A stretch of 64,000 nt of DNA from an uncultured Solirubrobacteraceae bacterium (GCA_963769555.1 CAVYMD010000002.1:20401-84400); one strand, 5' to 3'; positions 16,986 through 25,816 are shown, counted from the stretch's first letter. A program made the numbers and translations. The notes: a model not told the origin generated them from the sequence alone.

Positions 16986-18443
16986 TCAGGCCTCCGCCGC
17001 CCGGCGCAGCGGCAGCACGATCTCGAAGCGCGCGCCCCCGCCCTCGGCGTTCTCCGCCCGCGCCCGCCCGCCGTGCGCCGCCACGATCCCGGCGACGATC
17101 GCCAGCCCCAGGCCCGCGCCGGCGCGCCCGCGCCCGCGCCCGGGATCGGCGCGCCAGAAGCGACCGAACAGCTCGTCGGGGTCGTCGGTCGGAAGGCCGG
17201 GGCCGAAGTCGCGCACCGCGAACGTCGCCTCGGCTCCGCCGGCGCCCGTCGACAGCTCGATCGCGGTGCTCGCCGGCGTGTGCGCGAGCGCGTTGGCGAC
17301 GAGGTTGGAGAGCACCTGGCGCAGCTGGTCGGCGTCACCCGCCACGACGGCGGGCGCCCCCTCCACGAGGGTGATCGAGCGCTCCGGCGCGACCGCGCGC
17401 GCGTCGGCGGCGGCGTCGCGGGCGAGCGCCGCGAGGTCGACCGGCTCGCGGACGGCGTCGCGCACCTCGTCGAGGCGGGCGAGCGCGAGCAGGTCGTCGA
17501 CGAGCGCCCCCATCCGCGCCGACTCGTCCTCGATGCGGGTCATCGCCTTCTCGATGTCGTCGGGCCGCGCGGCGGCGCCGATCCGGAAGAGCTCGGCGTA
17601 GCCGCGGATCGACTGCAGGGGCGTGCGCAGCTCGTGCGAGGCGTCGGCGAGGAAGCGGCGCAGGCGCTCCTCGCTCGCGCGGCGCTCGGCGAACGCCTCC
17701 TCCAGCCGGGCGAGCATCGCGTTGAGCGACAGCCCGAGCCGCCCGACCTCGGTTCGCGGCTCGGCGCGCTCGACGCGGCGGGTGAGGTCGCCCGCGGCGA
17801 TCGCGCCGGCGGTCGCGCCGATCGCGTCGAGCGGGCGCAGGCCGACGCGGACGATCCACCAGGCGCCCGCCGCGAGCGCGAGCAGCACGCAGCCGAAGAC
17901 GAGCGCCTCGATCTTCAGCAGGCGCGAGAGCGCGGCGTCGACCTCCGTCAGCGGCAGCGCTGCGACGGTCAGGCCGCCGCCGGGCTCGGCGGCCGCGAGG
18001 ACGCGGTAGCGCGGTCCCGACGTGCCCTCGGAGCGGACGGTGAGGGGCCGGCCCGCGGGCAGCCGCGAGGGCAGCCGCGGCGCCGGCGGCGCGGTCTCGC
18101 CCTCGGGCAGGCGCGGGCGCACCGGTCCGAGCGAGCGGCCCGCGGCGTCGCGCCGCTCGCCGTAGAGCGCCGTGGGCAGGCCCGCGCCCTGGCCGCGGTC
18201 GCCGTCGCCGTCGGGGTCCGGGGCCCGGCCGCCGCGCGGGAAGGGTCCGCCGAGCCGGGGTCGCCCGCTCCCGTCGGGCCGGCCGAGCTCCGCGCGCACG
18301 ACGCCGATCGCGGCGCGCGCCTGGTCGTCGATGCGGTGCAGCTGGAAGCTGCGCTGCTGGGTGTAGGTGACGGCGCCCGCGACGAGCAGCCCGACGGTGG
18401 CCAGCGCCACGACGCCCGCCGTCAGTCGCGCGCGCAGGGACAC
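16986..18443 (-). CDS. Sensor histidine kinase (HAMP + HisKA + HATPase)
   Basis: N-terminal TM helix, second TM helix plus HAMP domain, H-box SHELRTPLQSIRGY, and N/G boxes (LSNLVANALAHT, GAGLGLAIV). Confidence 0.9.
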   Translation of the reverse strand: MSLRARLTAGVVALATVGLLVAGAVTYTQQRSFQLHRIDDQARAAIGVVRAELGRPDGSGRPRLGGPFPRGGRAPDPDGDGDRGQGAGLPTALYGERRDAAGRSLGPVRPRLPEGETAPPAPRLPSRLPAGRPLTVRSEGTSGPRYRVLAAAEPGGGLTVAALPLTEVDAALSRLLKIEALVFGCVLLALAAGAWWIVRVGLRPLDAIGATAGAIAAGDLTRRVERAEPRTEVGRLGLSLNAMLARLEEAFAERRASEERLRRFLADASHELRTPLQSIRGYAELFRIGAAARPDDIEKAMTRIEDESARMGALVDDLLALARLDEVRDAVREPVDLAALARDAAADARAVAPERSITLVEGAPAVVAGDADQLRQVLSNLVANALAHTPASTAIELSTGAGGAEATFAVRDFGPGLPTDDPDELFGRFWRADPGRGRGRAGAGLGLAIVAGIVAAHGGRARAENAEGGGARFEIVLPLRRAAEA

Positions 18444-18447
18444 GCGC

Positions 18448-19167
18448 TCAGCCTCGCGGCACGCGTAGCGCGTAGCCGACGCCGCGCACCGTGTGGATCA
18501 GCGACGGGCCGTGCGGGTCGAGCTTCTTGCGCAGGTAGCTGACGTACGTCTCGAGGATCCGCGCGTCGCCCGCGAAGTCGTACTCCCAGACGTGGTCGAG
18601 CAGCTGGGCGCGGGTGAGCACGCGGCGCGGGTTGAGCAGCAGGTAGCGCAGCAGCCGGTACTCGGTCGCCGTGAGCTCGACCGGGACGCCGGCCCGCGTG
18701 ACCTCGCGCGTGTCGTCGTCGAGCTCGACGTCCTCGAACGTCAGCCGCGACGACGCCGGCGAGGCGACGCCCGTGCGCCGCAGGATGACGCGGATGCGCG
18801 CGACGAGCTCCTCGAGGCTGAACGGCTTGGTGACGTAGTCGTCGCCGCCGCTCGTCAGGCCGCGGATCTTGTCCTGCGTCGCGTCGCGCGCGGTGAGGAA
18901 GATGATCGGCACGTGGCTGCGCTGCGCGCCGAGGCGCTCGGCGACCTCATAGCCCTCCATGTCGGGCAGCATGATGTCGAGCACCATGAGGTGCGGGTCG
19001 AACGCGCGCACCGCGGCGAGCGCGTCGCGCCCGGTGCCCGCCGACTGCACGTCGAAGCCCTGGAAGCGCAGCGCCATCGAGATGACGTCGACGATGTTCG
19101 GCTCGTCGTCGACGACGAGGACGCGGTGCTGCTCGGCGGCGGCCGGGGTCGCGTTCATGGACGTCAT
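18448..19167 (-). CDS. OmpR/PhoB-family response regulator
   Basis: Receiver domain (VLVVDDEPNI..DIMLPDMEGYEV) and a winged-helix C-terminus (LTATEYRLLRYLL...VRGVGYAL). Start at MTSMNAT (19167), not 19311. Confidence 0.9.
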   Translation of the reverse strand: MTSMNATPAAAEQHRVLVVDDEPNIVDVISMALRFQGFDVQSAGTGRDALAAVRAFDPHLMVLDIMLPDMEGYEVAERLGAQRSHVPIIFLTARDATQDKIRGLTSGGDDYVTKPFSLEELVARIRVILRRTGVASPASSRLTFEDVELDDDTREVTRAGVPVELTATEYRLLRYLLLNPRRVLTRAQLLDHVWEYDFAGDARILETYVSYLRKKLDPHGPSLIHTVRGVGYALRVPRG

Positions 19168-19348
19168 TGTCGCCCCCGATGCTGGGAGCCTGCTGAGAGC
19201 GCCGGCGGCTCGCCTTCGGTGGCGACGCGCCCGGCGAACGCCGGGGGCGGCGAGCCTCGGTCGCCGTCGGGCGCCGGCCCTCGTCGGCGACGCGCACCGC
19301 CGGGCGGGCACGACTGCCCCGCCCCGCGGTTGCCTGCGCGTCGTCGGG

Positions 19349-20104
19349 CTACGAGCTGACCACGGCGCCCGCGGGTGCGGGGGCCGGCGGCTCCTCGAGC
19401 GAACCCGGGCGCACCGGATCGTCGGGCCCGCCGCCGCGGTGCCCGCGGTGGCCGCGGTGGCCGCGCAGCGCCTTGCCCGACTCGATCGCCTCGAGCTTCC
19501 GGTCGATCCGGGCGAGCATCGCGTCGGCCTGCTTGCGCGTGATGTCCTCGTCCTTGACGGCCTTGTCCAGGCGCGTCTTCATCGAGGCCCTGACAGCCTT
19601 GCGCACGCTCGCGAGCGTCTTGCCCTTGGCCTTGGCGACGTCGGCGAGCGACTTGCCCGCGCGCAACTGCTCGCCGAGCTCGGCGGGGGTCGTGCCGAGC
19701 GCCTTGGAGATGTCGCCGAGCAGCCCTCCGCGCATGCCGCGCGGGCCGCCGGGTCCGCCCGGTCCGCCGGGTCCGCCGCGATGGCCCGGACCGCCGCGGT
19801 GTCGGCCGCCGCGCGGACCGCCGAGCACGAGGCCGGAGTCCGCCCGCGCCTTCTTGATCGCGTCGGCCTGCTCCTTCGTGATCTTGCCGTCCTTGACGGC
19901 CTGGTCGAGCTGGGCGTCGCGTGCCGCGGCGAGCGCCTCGCGCAACTTCTCCGGCGCGACGTCGAGCCGCTTGGCGGCGTCGTCGAGCACGGCCTGCTCG
20001 GCCTTCTTGCGGTCGTCCTTGGTCACGGCGGCGACGGCGGCGCCGGCGCCGCCCGCGACGAGCGCGCCGGTCGCGGCGAGCGCTGCGATCCGTCGTGGAT
20101 TCAT
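19349..20104 (-). CDS. Secreted repeat protein with two ITxxQ (LTXXQ-like) motifs and Gly/His/Arg-rich tracts (CpxP/Spy/ZraP-like candidate)
   Basis: Signal peptide MNPRRIAALAATGALVAGGAGAAVAAV. Duplicated module AVKDGKITKEQADAI / AVKDEDITRKQADAM. Low-complexity tracts GGRHRGGPGHRGGPGGPGGPGGPRG and GHRGHRGHRGGG. Confidence 0.6.
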   Translation of the reverse strand: MNPRRIAALAATGALVAGGAGAAVAAVTKDDRKKAEQAVLDDAAKRLDVAPEKLREALAAARDAQLDQAVKDGKITKEQADAIKKARADSGLVLGGPRGGRHRGGPGHRGGPGGPGGPGGPRGMRGGLLGDISKALGTTPAELGEQLRAGKSLADVAKAKGKTLASVRKAVRASMKTRLDKAVKDEDITRKQADAMLARIDRKLEAIESGKALRGHRGHRGHRGGGPDDPVRPGSLEEPPAPAPAGAVVSS

Positions 20105-20226
20105 CTGCTACCTCCTTCGGTGGTCCGCGCCACGATCACAGGCGAACGTAAGAGCCGGCTACGAAGTTGCTGAGGATCGCGCGCTTCTTAAGCCCCGCTT
20201 GAGGGCGGCGCGCTGCACTGCAAGGA

Positions 20227-20616
20227 GTGGCTTCGCTCGCCGACAACCATCCTGCGCTGGATCGCCCGACCGCCGTCCACGACGTGCGGCCGCAACCCGG
20301 CGACGAGGGCGCCGGGCCCGGACCGCGCGGGCTCGAGCCCGGCCGCTACCTCCTCTGCGGCGACGAGACGTTCGCGCTGACCTCCGACGTGGTCCACGTC
20401 GGCCGGGGGATCGCCGCCGACGTGCGCCTCGACGACCACACCGTGTCGGCCCGGCACGCGATCCTCGTGGCGCGCGGCGAGCGGCTGCGGATCCTCGACG
20501 ACCGCAGCACGAACGGCACCATCGTCAACGGCCGGCGCGTCGACGAGGCCGAGTTGCGCGACGGCGACGTCGTCGTGCTGGGCCGCGTGGTCCTGACGTA
20601 CCGAATCGTGCGCTGA
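20227..20616 (+). CDS. FHA domain protein
   Basis: VHVGRG..DVRLDDHTVSARHAILV...LRILDDRSTNGTIVNGRRV...LRDGDVVVLG is a textbook FHA pattern. The GTG start overlaps AAGGAG, so the exact start is uncertain. Confidence 0.8.
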   Translation: MASLADNHPALDRPTAVHDVRPQPGDEGAGPGPRGLEPGRYLLCGDETFALTSDVVHVGRGIAADVRLDDHTVSARHAILVARGERLRILDDRSTNGTIVNGRRVDEAELRDGDVVVLGRVVLTYRIVR

Positions 20617-20627
20617 CCCGCGCGCGG

Positions 20628-20996
20628 CTAGGTGCTGCTCGCCGCGTCGGGGTGCGACTGCAGGATCTCCTCGCCGGCCTCGCCGGTGCGCACGCGGTAG
20701 GCCTCCTCGACGGGCAGCACGAAGACCTTGCCGTCGCCGACGCCGCCGGTGCGGGCGTGCTTGAGCACGGTGTCGACGACGAGCCGCACGTCGCCGGCGG
20801 CGACGACGCACTCGATCTTGACCTTCGGCCGCAGGTAGTTCGTCAGCTCGGCGCCGCGGTAGCGCTCCGTGATCCCCTTCTGCCGCCCCGAGCCCTTGAC
20901 CTCGCTCACCGACAGCGAGGGGAAGCCCTTCACAAGGAGATCGGCGCGGATCGGCTCGAACGCCTCATGGCGGATGTAGGCAATCACCATCTTCAT
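20628..20996 (-). CDS. PII nitrogen-regulatory protein (GlnB/GlnK family), downstream of amt
   Basis: T-loop VKGSGRQKGITERYRGAEL and C-terminus TGGVGDGKVFVLPVEEAYRVRTGE. Position 51 is Leu rather than Tyr. Confidence 0.85.
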   Translation of the reverse strand: MKMVIAYIRHEAFEPIRADLLVKGFPSLSVSEVKGSGRQKGITERYRGAELTNYLRPKVKIECVVAAGDVRLVVDTVLKHARTGGVGDGKVFVLPVEEAYRVRTGEAGEEILQSHPDAASST

Positions 20997-21095
20997 GCGG
21001 TCACCTCAGGGTTGCAGGGCGGGCCCGTCCCGCCCGGGGCCCGGACGGGATCTGCACCGTATCCCACGCGGTGCGCCGCCGGGACGATCGTCGCG

Positions 21096-22403
21096 TCACT
21101 CCCGGCCCGCGGCGGCCAGCTCGAGGTCCGCGGCGTTGTCGGGCCGGATGAGGATCGCGCCCTCACCGGTGACGTAGGCCTCCTCGCCGTGGTGGATGAT
21201 GTCCATCCCGACGGCCTCCTCGTGGTCGGACCCGCGCAGCGGCATGAGCGCGCCGAGCCCGCGCAGCAGGACGTAGGTCATGCCGAACGCGTACACCGGG
21301 GCGGCGAGCGCGGCGAGCGCCTGCGAGCCGAGCTGGCCCAGGTCGCCGTAGAGCAGGCCGTCGGCGGCGCCGTTCCAGGTCTGCTGGGCGACGACGCCGA
21401 TGAAGAGGATCCCGGTGAAGCCCGCGATGCCGTGTGCGGCGAGCACGTCGAGCGTCTCGTCGACGCGCGTGCGCGGCCGCCAGACGACGACGGCGTAGCT
21501 CGGGATCGCGACGACGACGCCGAGGACCATCGCCCAGAGCGGGCTGATGAAGCCGCCCGCCGGCGTGATCCCGACGCAGCCGACGATGATCGCCGTCGCC
21601 GCGCCGACCGCCGTGACCTGGCGGCCGCGGGCGAGGTCGAGCACGAACCACGTCAGCAGCGTGCAGGCCGGCGTCAGCAGGGTGTTGACGAAGGCGAGCA
21701 CGCCCGCGTCGTTCGCCCCGAGCCCGCTGCCGCCGTTGAAGCCGAACCAGCCGAACCACAGCAGCCCCGCCCCGAGCAGGACGTACATCGTGTTGTGCGG
21801 CAGCAGCGCCTGGCGGCCGTAGTCCTTGCGCGCGCCGACGACGAGCGCGGCGGCAAGCGCGGAGAAGCCCGAGCCCATCTCGACGGGCACGCCGCCGGCG
21901 AAGTCGAGCGTGCCCTGCGCCGCCAGCCAGCCGCCGCCGAAGGCCCAGTGCGCGAGGACCGCGTAGACGAGGACCGACCACAGCGCGGCGAAGATCATGA
22001 ACGCCCCGAAGCGCATCCGCTCCACGACGGCGCCGGAGACGAGCGCGACGGTGATGATGCAGAACGTCCCCTGGAAGGCCATGAACAGCAGGTGCGGGAT
22101 CGTCGTCCCGTCGCGCGGCTCGAAGCCGACGCCCTGCAGGAAGGCGTGGCCGAGGCCGCCGAGGATCGCGCCCTCGCCGTCGAAGGCCAGCGAGTAGCCG
22201 ACGAGCGCCCAGGTGACCGTCGCGATCGCGATCGCGGCGGCGCACATCATGAACGTGTTCAGCGTGTTCTTGGAGCGCACGAGCCCGGCGTAGAACAACC
22301 CCAGCGCCGGGGTCATGAGCAGGACGAGCGCCGTCGCCGCGAGCACCCAGGCGGTGTCGCCCGTGTCGATCGCCGCCGGGGCGGCCGCGAGCAGCCCGCT
22401 CAC
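21096..22403 (-). CDS. amtB: Ammonium transporter (Amt family)
   Basis: GTGA overlap with the upstream PII stop. DTGDTAWVLAATALVLLMTPALGLFYAGLVRSKN, plus DFAGGVPVEMGSG and LAAHGIAGFTG motifs. The 893-aa ORF-track entry is an upstream read-through. Confidence 0.9.
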   Translation of the reverse strand: MSGLLAAAPAAIDTGDTAWVLAATALVLLMTPALGLFYAGLVRSKNTLNTFMMCAAAIAIATVTWALVGYSLAFDGEGAILGGLGHAFLQGVGFEPRDGTTIPHLLFMAFQGTFCIITVALVSGAVVERMRFGAFMIFAALWSVLVYAVLAHWAFGGGWLAAQGTLDFAGGVPVEMGSGFSALAAALVVGARKDYGRQALLPHNTMYVLLGAGLLWFGWFGFNGGSGLGANDAGVLAFVNTLLTPACTLLTWFVLDLARGRQVTAVGAATAIIVGCVGITPAGGFISPLWAMVLGVVVAIPSYAVVVWRPRTRVDETLDVLAAHGIAGFTGILFIGVVAQQTWNGAADGLLYGDLGQLGSQALAALAAPVYAFGMTYVLLRGLGALMPLRGSDHEEAVGMDIIHHGEEAYVTGEGAILIRPDNAADLELAAAGRE

Positions 22404-22753
22404 GAGCCGACCGGCGTCACGGCGCCGTGGTCGGTCTCGCCGGTGCGGATCCGCACGGCGCGCTCCAGCGGCACGACGAAGATCTTGCCGTCGCCGACCT
22501 CGCCGGTCCGCGCGCCGTCGCAGAGGGCGTCGATCGTCGGCTGGACGAACTCGTCGGAGACGGCGATCTCGAAGCGCATCTTGTCCGAGAGGCCCATCTT
22601 CACGGTCGTGCCGCGATAGGTCTCCACGCGCTCGAGCTCGCCGCCGTGGCCCTGCACCCGGCTCAGCGAGAAGCCGCGCACCTCGGTGCGGTACAGCGCT
22701 TCGAGCACGTCGTTGGCCTTGTCGGGGCGGACGATGCCGATGACGAGCTTCAT
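22400..22753 (-). CDS. PII-family protein with divergent T-loop, upstream of amt
   Basis: Start MKLVIGIVRPDK follows AAGGAG. T-loop VQGHGGELERVETYRGTTV and C-terminus TGEVGDGKIFVVPLERAVRIRTGE. Position 51 is Val. Confidence 0.8.
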   Translation of the reverse strand: MKLVIGIVRPDKANDVLEALYRTEVRGFSLSRVQGHGGELERVETYRGTTVKMGLSDKMRFEIAVSDEFVQPTIDALCDGARTGEVGDGKIFVVPLERAVRIRTGETDHGAVTPVGS

Positions 22754-22885
22754 CTGCGCGGCTCCTTTTCGCGGTCGGATGCGGCGGTCGCTTCGTGCTC
22801 GTGCAGGCTCGCCGCCGGGGCCGCCCGGGGTCATTGTCCGCCGGGCCAACATTCACGGGGCGTCTATGGCCCGGCCGTACAAGGA

Positions 22886-23767
22886 TCAGCCCGGCGGCTT
22901 GGACCGGGTGTCGGGCAGGCGCGCCCACTCCGAGGCGAACTCGGCCCCGAAGACGACGACGTTGGACGCGGCGTAGACGAAGATGAGCAGCGCCATCAGG
23001 GCGCCGAGCGAGCCGTAGATCGCGCCGAGGTCGGCGAGCCGCTCGAAGTACAGCTCGAGCGCGAGCTTGACGATCAGCAGCCCGGCGGTGGCGACGACCG
23101 CGCCCGGCCAGATGTCGCGCAGCGGATCGCGGTGCATCGGCAGCACGCGGTAGAGGAACAGCAGCCCGAGCGCGGTGAACGCCAGCGGCAGCAGCTCGCC
23201 GGCGAGCTCGAGCAGGGCGGCCAGCAGCCAGCCGCCGCCGGCCTCGTCGTCGAGCATCCCGGCGAGCCGGTGCGTGGCCGTCAGCGAGACGCTGAGCGCG
23301 AGGATCGACGTGCCCCCCAGCACGAGCGCGAGGTCGAGCGCCTTGCGCTTGAGCAGCGGCGGGCGCTCCTCGATGTCCCACGCCTCGTTGATCGAGTGGC
23401 GCAGCGCGCCCATGACGGCGCTCGCCGAGGCGACGAGCAGCAGCGTCGTGACCAGCCCGAGGCTGCCGGCGCGGTCCAGGGCGTCGCCGACGGCGCGCTC
23501 GAGCTTCGGCCGGTCGCCGCTGCTCGCCAGGGGCACGTTGTCGAAGACCGTGCGGATGATCCGCGCGCGCACCTCGGCGTCGTCGAAGAGCAGTCCGAAC
23601 GCCCCCGCCAGCAGCAGGACGAGCGGGATGAACGACAGGATCGCGAAGAAGCTGATCTGCGCCGCCGAGCGGTGCCCGCGGTCCTCGACGAACTCGGCGA
23701 CGGCGCGCCGCGTGGTCTCGCGCGCGCGCCCGGCGAGAAGGCGCGGGTGTGGGCGGGGCGGGCGCAT
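22886..23767 (-). CDS. YihY/BrkB (virulence factor BrkB / RNase BN-like) family membrane protein
   Basis: AAQISFFAILSFIPLVLLL near the N-terminus, several TM helices, and C-terminal YGSLGALMALLIFVYAASNVVVFGAEF. Confidence 0.8.
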   Translation of the reverse strand: MRPPRPHPRLLAGRARETTRRAVAEFVEDRGHRSAAQISFFAILSFIPLVLLLAGAFGLLFDDAEVRARIIRTVFDNVPLASSGDRPKLERAVGDALDRAGSLGLVTTLLLVASASAVMGALRHSINEAWDIEERPPLLKRKALDLALVLGGTSILALSVSLTATHRLAGMLDDEAGGGWLLAALLELAGELLPLAFTALGLLFLYRVLPMHRDPLRDIWPGAVVATAGLLIVKLALELYFERLADLGAIYGSLGALMALLIFVYAASNVVVFGAEFASEWARLPDTRSKPPG

Positions 23768-23810
23768 CGGCGCGCACCCTACGGCGCGGCCGTCGGCGCC
23801 GTCGGCGTGC

Positions 23811-25334
23811 CTAGGTCATCGTGCCGGTCGCCGCGGCGCGACCGCCGCTGCGGCGGCGCACCTCGCGCAGCGCCGACGCGAGGCGGCGCACGCCCTCGTC
23901 GAGCAGCTCCGGCTCGACGAGCGCGAACGACAGGCGCATGCTCGTCTGCGTCGACGGCTCGGCCATGACCGCGCCCCCCGGGAGGAAGGAGACCCCGGCG
24001 CGCAGCGCCTCGGCGTAGAGGGCGCGCTCGTCGACCGGGTCTCGCAGGGTCAGCCAGAGGTGGTGGCCGCCCTGCGGCACCCGCCAGTCGGCGTCGTGGC
24101 CGAGGTGGCGCTCGAGCGCGGCGGCGAGCGCCTCGCAGCGGCGCCGGTAGACGGGCAGCGCGCGGGCGAGCATCGCCTCGTGTCGGTCGCCGCGCAGGTA
24201 GCGCGCGGCAAGGTGCTGGGGCAGCGCGGCGCTGTGGATGTCGCTGTCGATCTTCAGCTGGACGAGCCGCGCGCGCACCGGCCCGCCGGCCGCGATCCAG
24301 CCCAGGCGCAGCCCGCCGCCGATCGTCTTGGACAGCGAGTCGATGTAGATGACGTGCGACGGGGCCTCGGCGCGCAGCCGCCGGGCGGGAACGCCGTCGA
24401 AGCAGAGCGTCGCGTAGACGCCGTCGTCGAGCACGAAGAAGCCGCGCGTGCGCGCCAGCTCGAGCAGGCGCGCGCGACGGTCGGGCGACAGGCTGGCGCC
24501 CGTCGGGTTCTGCAGGCTCTCCTGCAGCGCGACGAGCTTGATCTCGTGGCGCGCGAGGATGCGCTCGAGCGCGGCGACGTCCGCGCCGTCGGCGTCGACG
24601 GGCATCGGCAGCACGCGTGCGCCGGTCGCCTGCAGCGACGCGAGCAGGCCGGCGAAGGTCGGCGACTCCACGACCGCCACGTCGCCCGGGCCGAGCACGG
24701 CGCGCGCGACGAGGTCGATCGCCTGGCGCGCGCCGGACGTCACGAGGATCTCGTCGGCGCTCGCCGCGAAGCCCTCCCGCACGCCGCGCTCGGCGAGCCG
24801 CTCGCGCAGCTCGGGCAGCCCCTCGACCTGGAGGTAGTCGGTGACCGCCCGCGGATCCTCGCGGGCGATGTCGGCGGCGATGCCGGCCAGCTCGTCGGAC
24901 GGGCAGAGCGCCGGGTCCGGAAAGCCCGTGCCGAGCGCGATGACGTCGCCCGCGAGCGGCGCGTGCAGCGCGTCGCGCAGCATCTCGTCGGCGTAGGTCG
25001 CGCGGCGGGCGGCGAGCATCCCGAGCTGCCAGTCGTCGCTGACCGGGGCGCCGGCCGCGATGTCCGGCAGCGGCACGTGGCGGCGCACGAACGTCCCACG
25101 ACCGACGGCGGCCGTGACGTAGCCGAGCTCGGCGAGGCGCCGGTAGACGCGCACGGCGGTGAGGTGGTTGATGCCCGCGTCGGCCGCGAGCGCGCGCGTC
25201 GCCGGCAGGCGCGAGCCCGGCTCGAGATCGCCCGCGTCGATGAGCGCCGCGATGCGCGACACGAGCTGCTGCGTGAGCGAGACCTCGCCGTCGCGTTCGA
25301 GGTCAACCACTGAGAACTTGTGGGACATTGACAT
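23811..25334 (-). CDS. MocR/PdxR-type regulator (GntR HTH fused to a PLP aminotransferase-like domain)
   Basis: Start MSMSHKF. HTH region LPATRALAADAGINHLTAVRVYRRLAELGYV, followed by a fold-type I aminotransferase-like body (YIDSLSKTIGGGLRLGW). Confidence 0.85.
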   Translation of the reverse strand: MSMSHKFSVVDLERDGEVSLTQQLVSRIAALIDAGDLEPGSRLPATRALAADAGINHLTAVRVYRRLAELGYVTAAVGRGTFVRRHVPLPDIAAGAPVSDDWQLGMLAARRATYADEMLRDALHAPLAGDVIALGTGFPDPALCPSDELAGIAADIAREDPRAVTDYLQVEGLPELRERLAERGVREGFAASADEILVTSGARQAIDLVARAVLGPGDVAVVESPTFAGLLASLQATGARVLPMPVDADGADVAALERILARHEIKLVALQESLQNPTGASLSPDRRARLLELARTRGFFVLDDGVYATLCFDGVPARRLRAEAPSHVIYIDSLSKTIGGGLRLGWIAAGGPVRARLVQLKIDSDIHSAALPQHLAARYLRGDRHEAMLARALPVYRRRCEALAAALERHLGHDADWRVPQGGHHLWLTLRDPVDERALYAEALRAGVSFLPGGAVMAEPSTQTSMRLSFALVEPELLDEGVRRLASALREVRRRSGGRAAATGTMT

Positions 25335-25393
25335 ACGCGTGTGTGATCGTACAGTGGCTTGTGCAATCGCGCAACAGGGGAACGGGATCACAC

Positions 25394-25768
25394 ATGATGC
25401 ATCATTTCGACAAGTTGTTTGGCGGAACCCGCTCAGGCTCACGCCGCCGCCCGGCGTCCGGGCCCGCATCGGAGCAGGCCGCGGTCGCCATCCGCCGCGG
25501 CGCGCCGGCCGACGCCGCCCGCCTGCACGACCTCGCCGGGCTGGACTCGGGGCGGCCGCTGGAGGGCGCCGTCCTCGTGGCGGTCGTCGACGGCACGATC
25601 CGCGCCGCGCTCGCGCTCGGTGACGGGCGCGTCCTCGCCGATCCGTTCGCGCCGAGCGCCGCGAACGTCGAGGTGCTGCGCCTGCGCGCCCGCCAGCTGC
25701 GCAACGCGGGTAGCCCGCGCGAGGCGCGGCCGGCGCCGCGCCGGCTCGCCGGCCGCGTGCGGGCGTAG
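25394..25768 (+). CDS. Hypothetical protein divergent from the MocR regulator
   Basis: Start MMHHFDKLFGG at 25394. 124 aa with no motif recognised. GC3 is coding-like. Confidence 0.4.
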   Translation: MMHHFDKLFGGTRSGSRRRPASGPASEQAAVAIRRGAPADAARLHDLAGLDSGRPLEGAVLVAVVDGTIRAALALGDGRVLADPFAPSAANVEVLRLRARQLRNAGSPREARPAPRRLAGRVRA

Positions 25769-25770
25769 CC

Positions 25771-25816
25771 GCGCCGAGTCGCGCCGAGTCGCGCCCAGTC
25801 GCGCCGAGTCGCGCCG
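25771..25816. repeat. Tandem decamer repeat GCGCCGAGTC x4.6
   Basis: gcgccgagtc gcgccgagtc gcgcccagtc gcgccgagtc gcgccg, read directly. It starts 3 nt after the stop of the 25394-25768 ORF and ends 75 nt before the lipoprotein ATG. Confidence 0.9.

Noticed and set aside
22754-22885. Looked for a GlnR/AmtR-type nitrogen box upstream of the PII-amt operon
   Set aside because: Only loose matches (GTAC.., GTGAAT.., GGACAAT) without the expected repeated half-site spacing. This cannot be supported by eye.
21096-23777. 893-aa ORF suggesting one giant protein covering YihY, PII and Amt
   Set aside because: Only the last 435 aa are Amt-like, with a GTG start overlapping the PII stop. The upstream 450 aa are Arg/Pro-rich read-through in a frame different from the supported PII (22400-22753) and YihY (22886-23767) genes.
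25771-25816. Tandem decamer considered as a CRISPR or minisatellite
   Set aside because: The units are contiguous with no spacers and are far too short for CRISPR repeats. It is kept as a simple tandem repeat with possible regulatory meaning.
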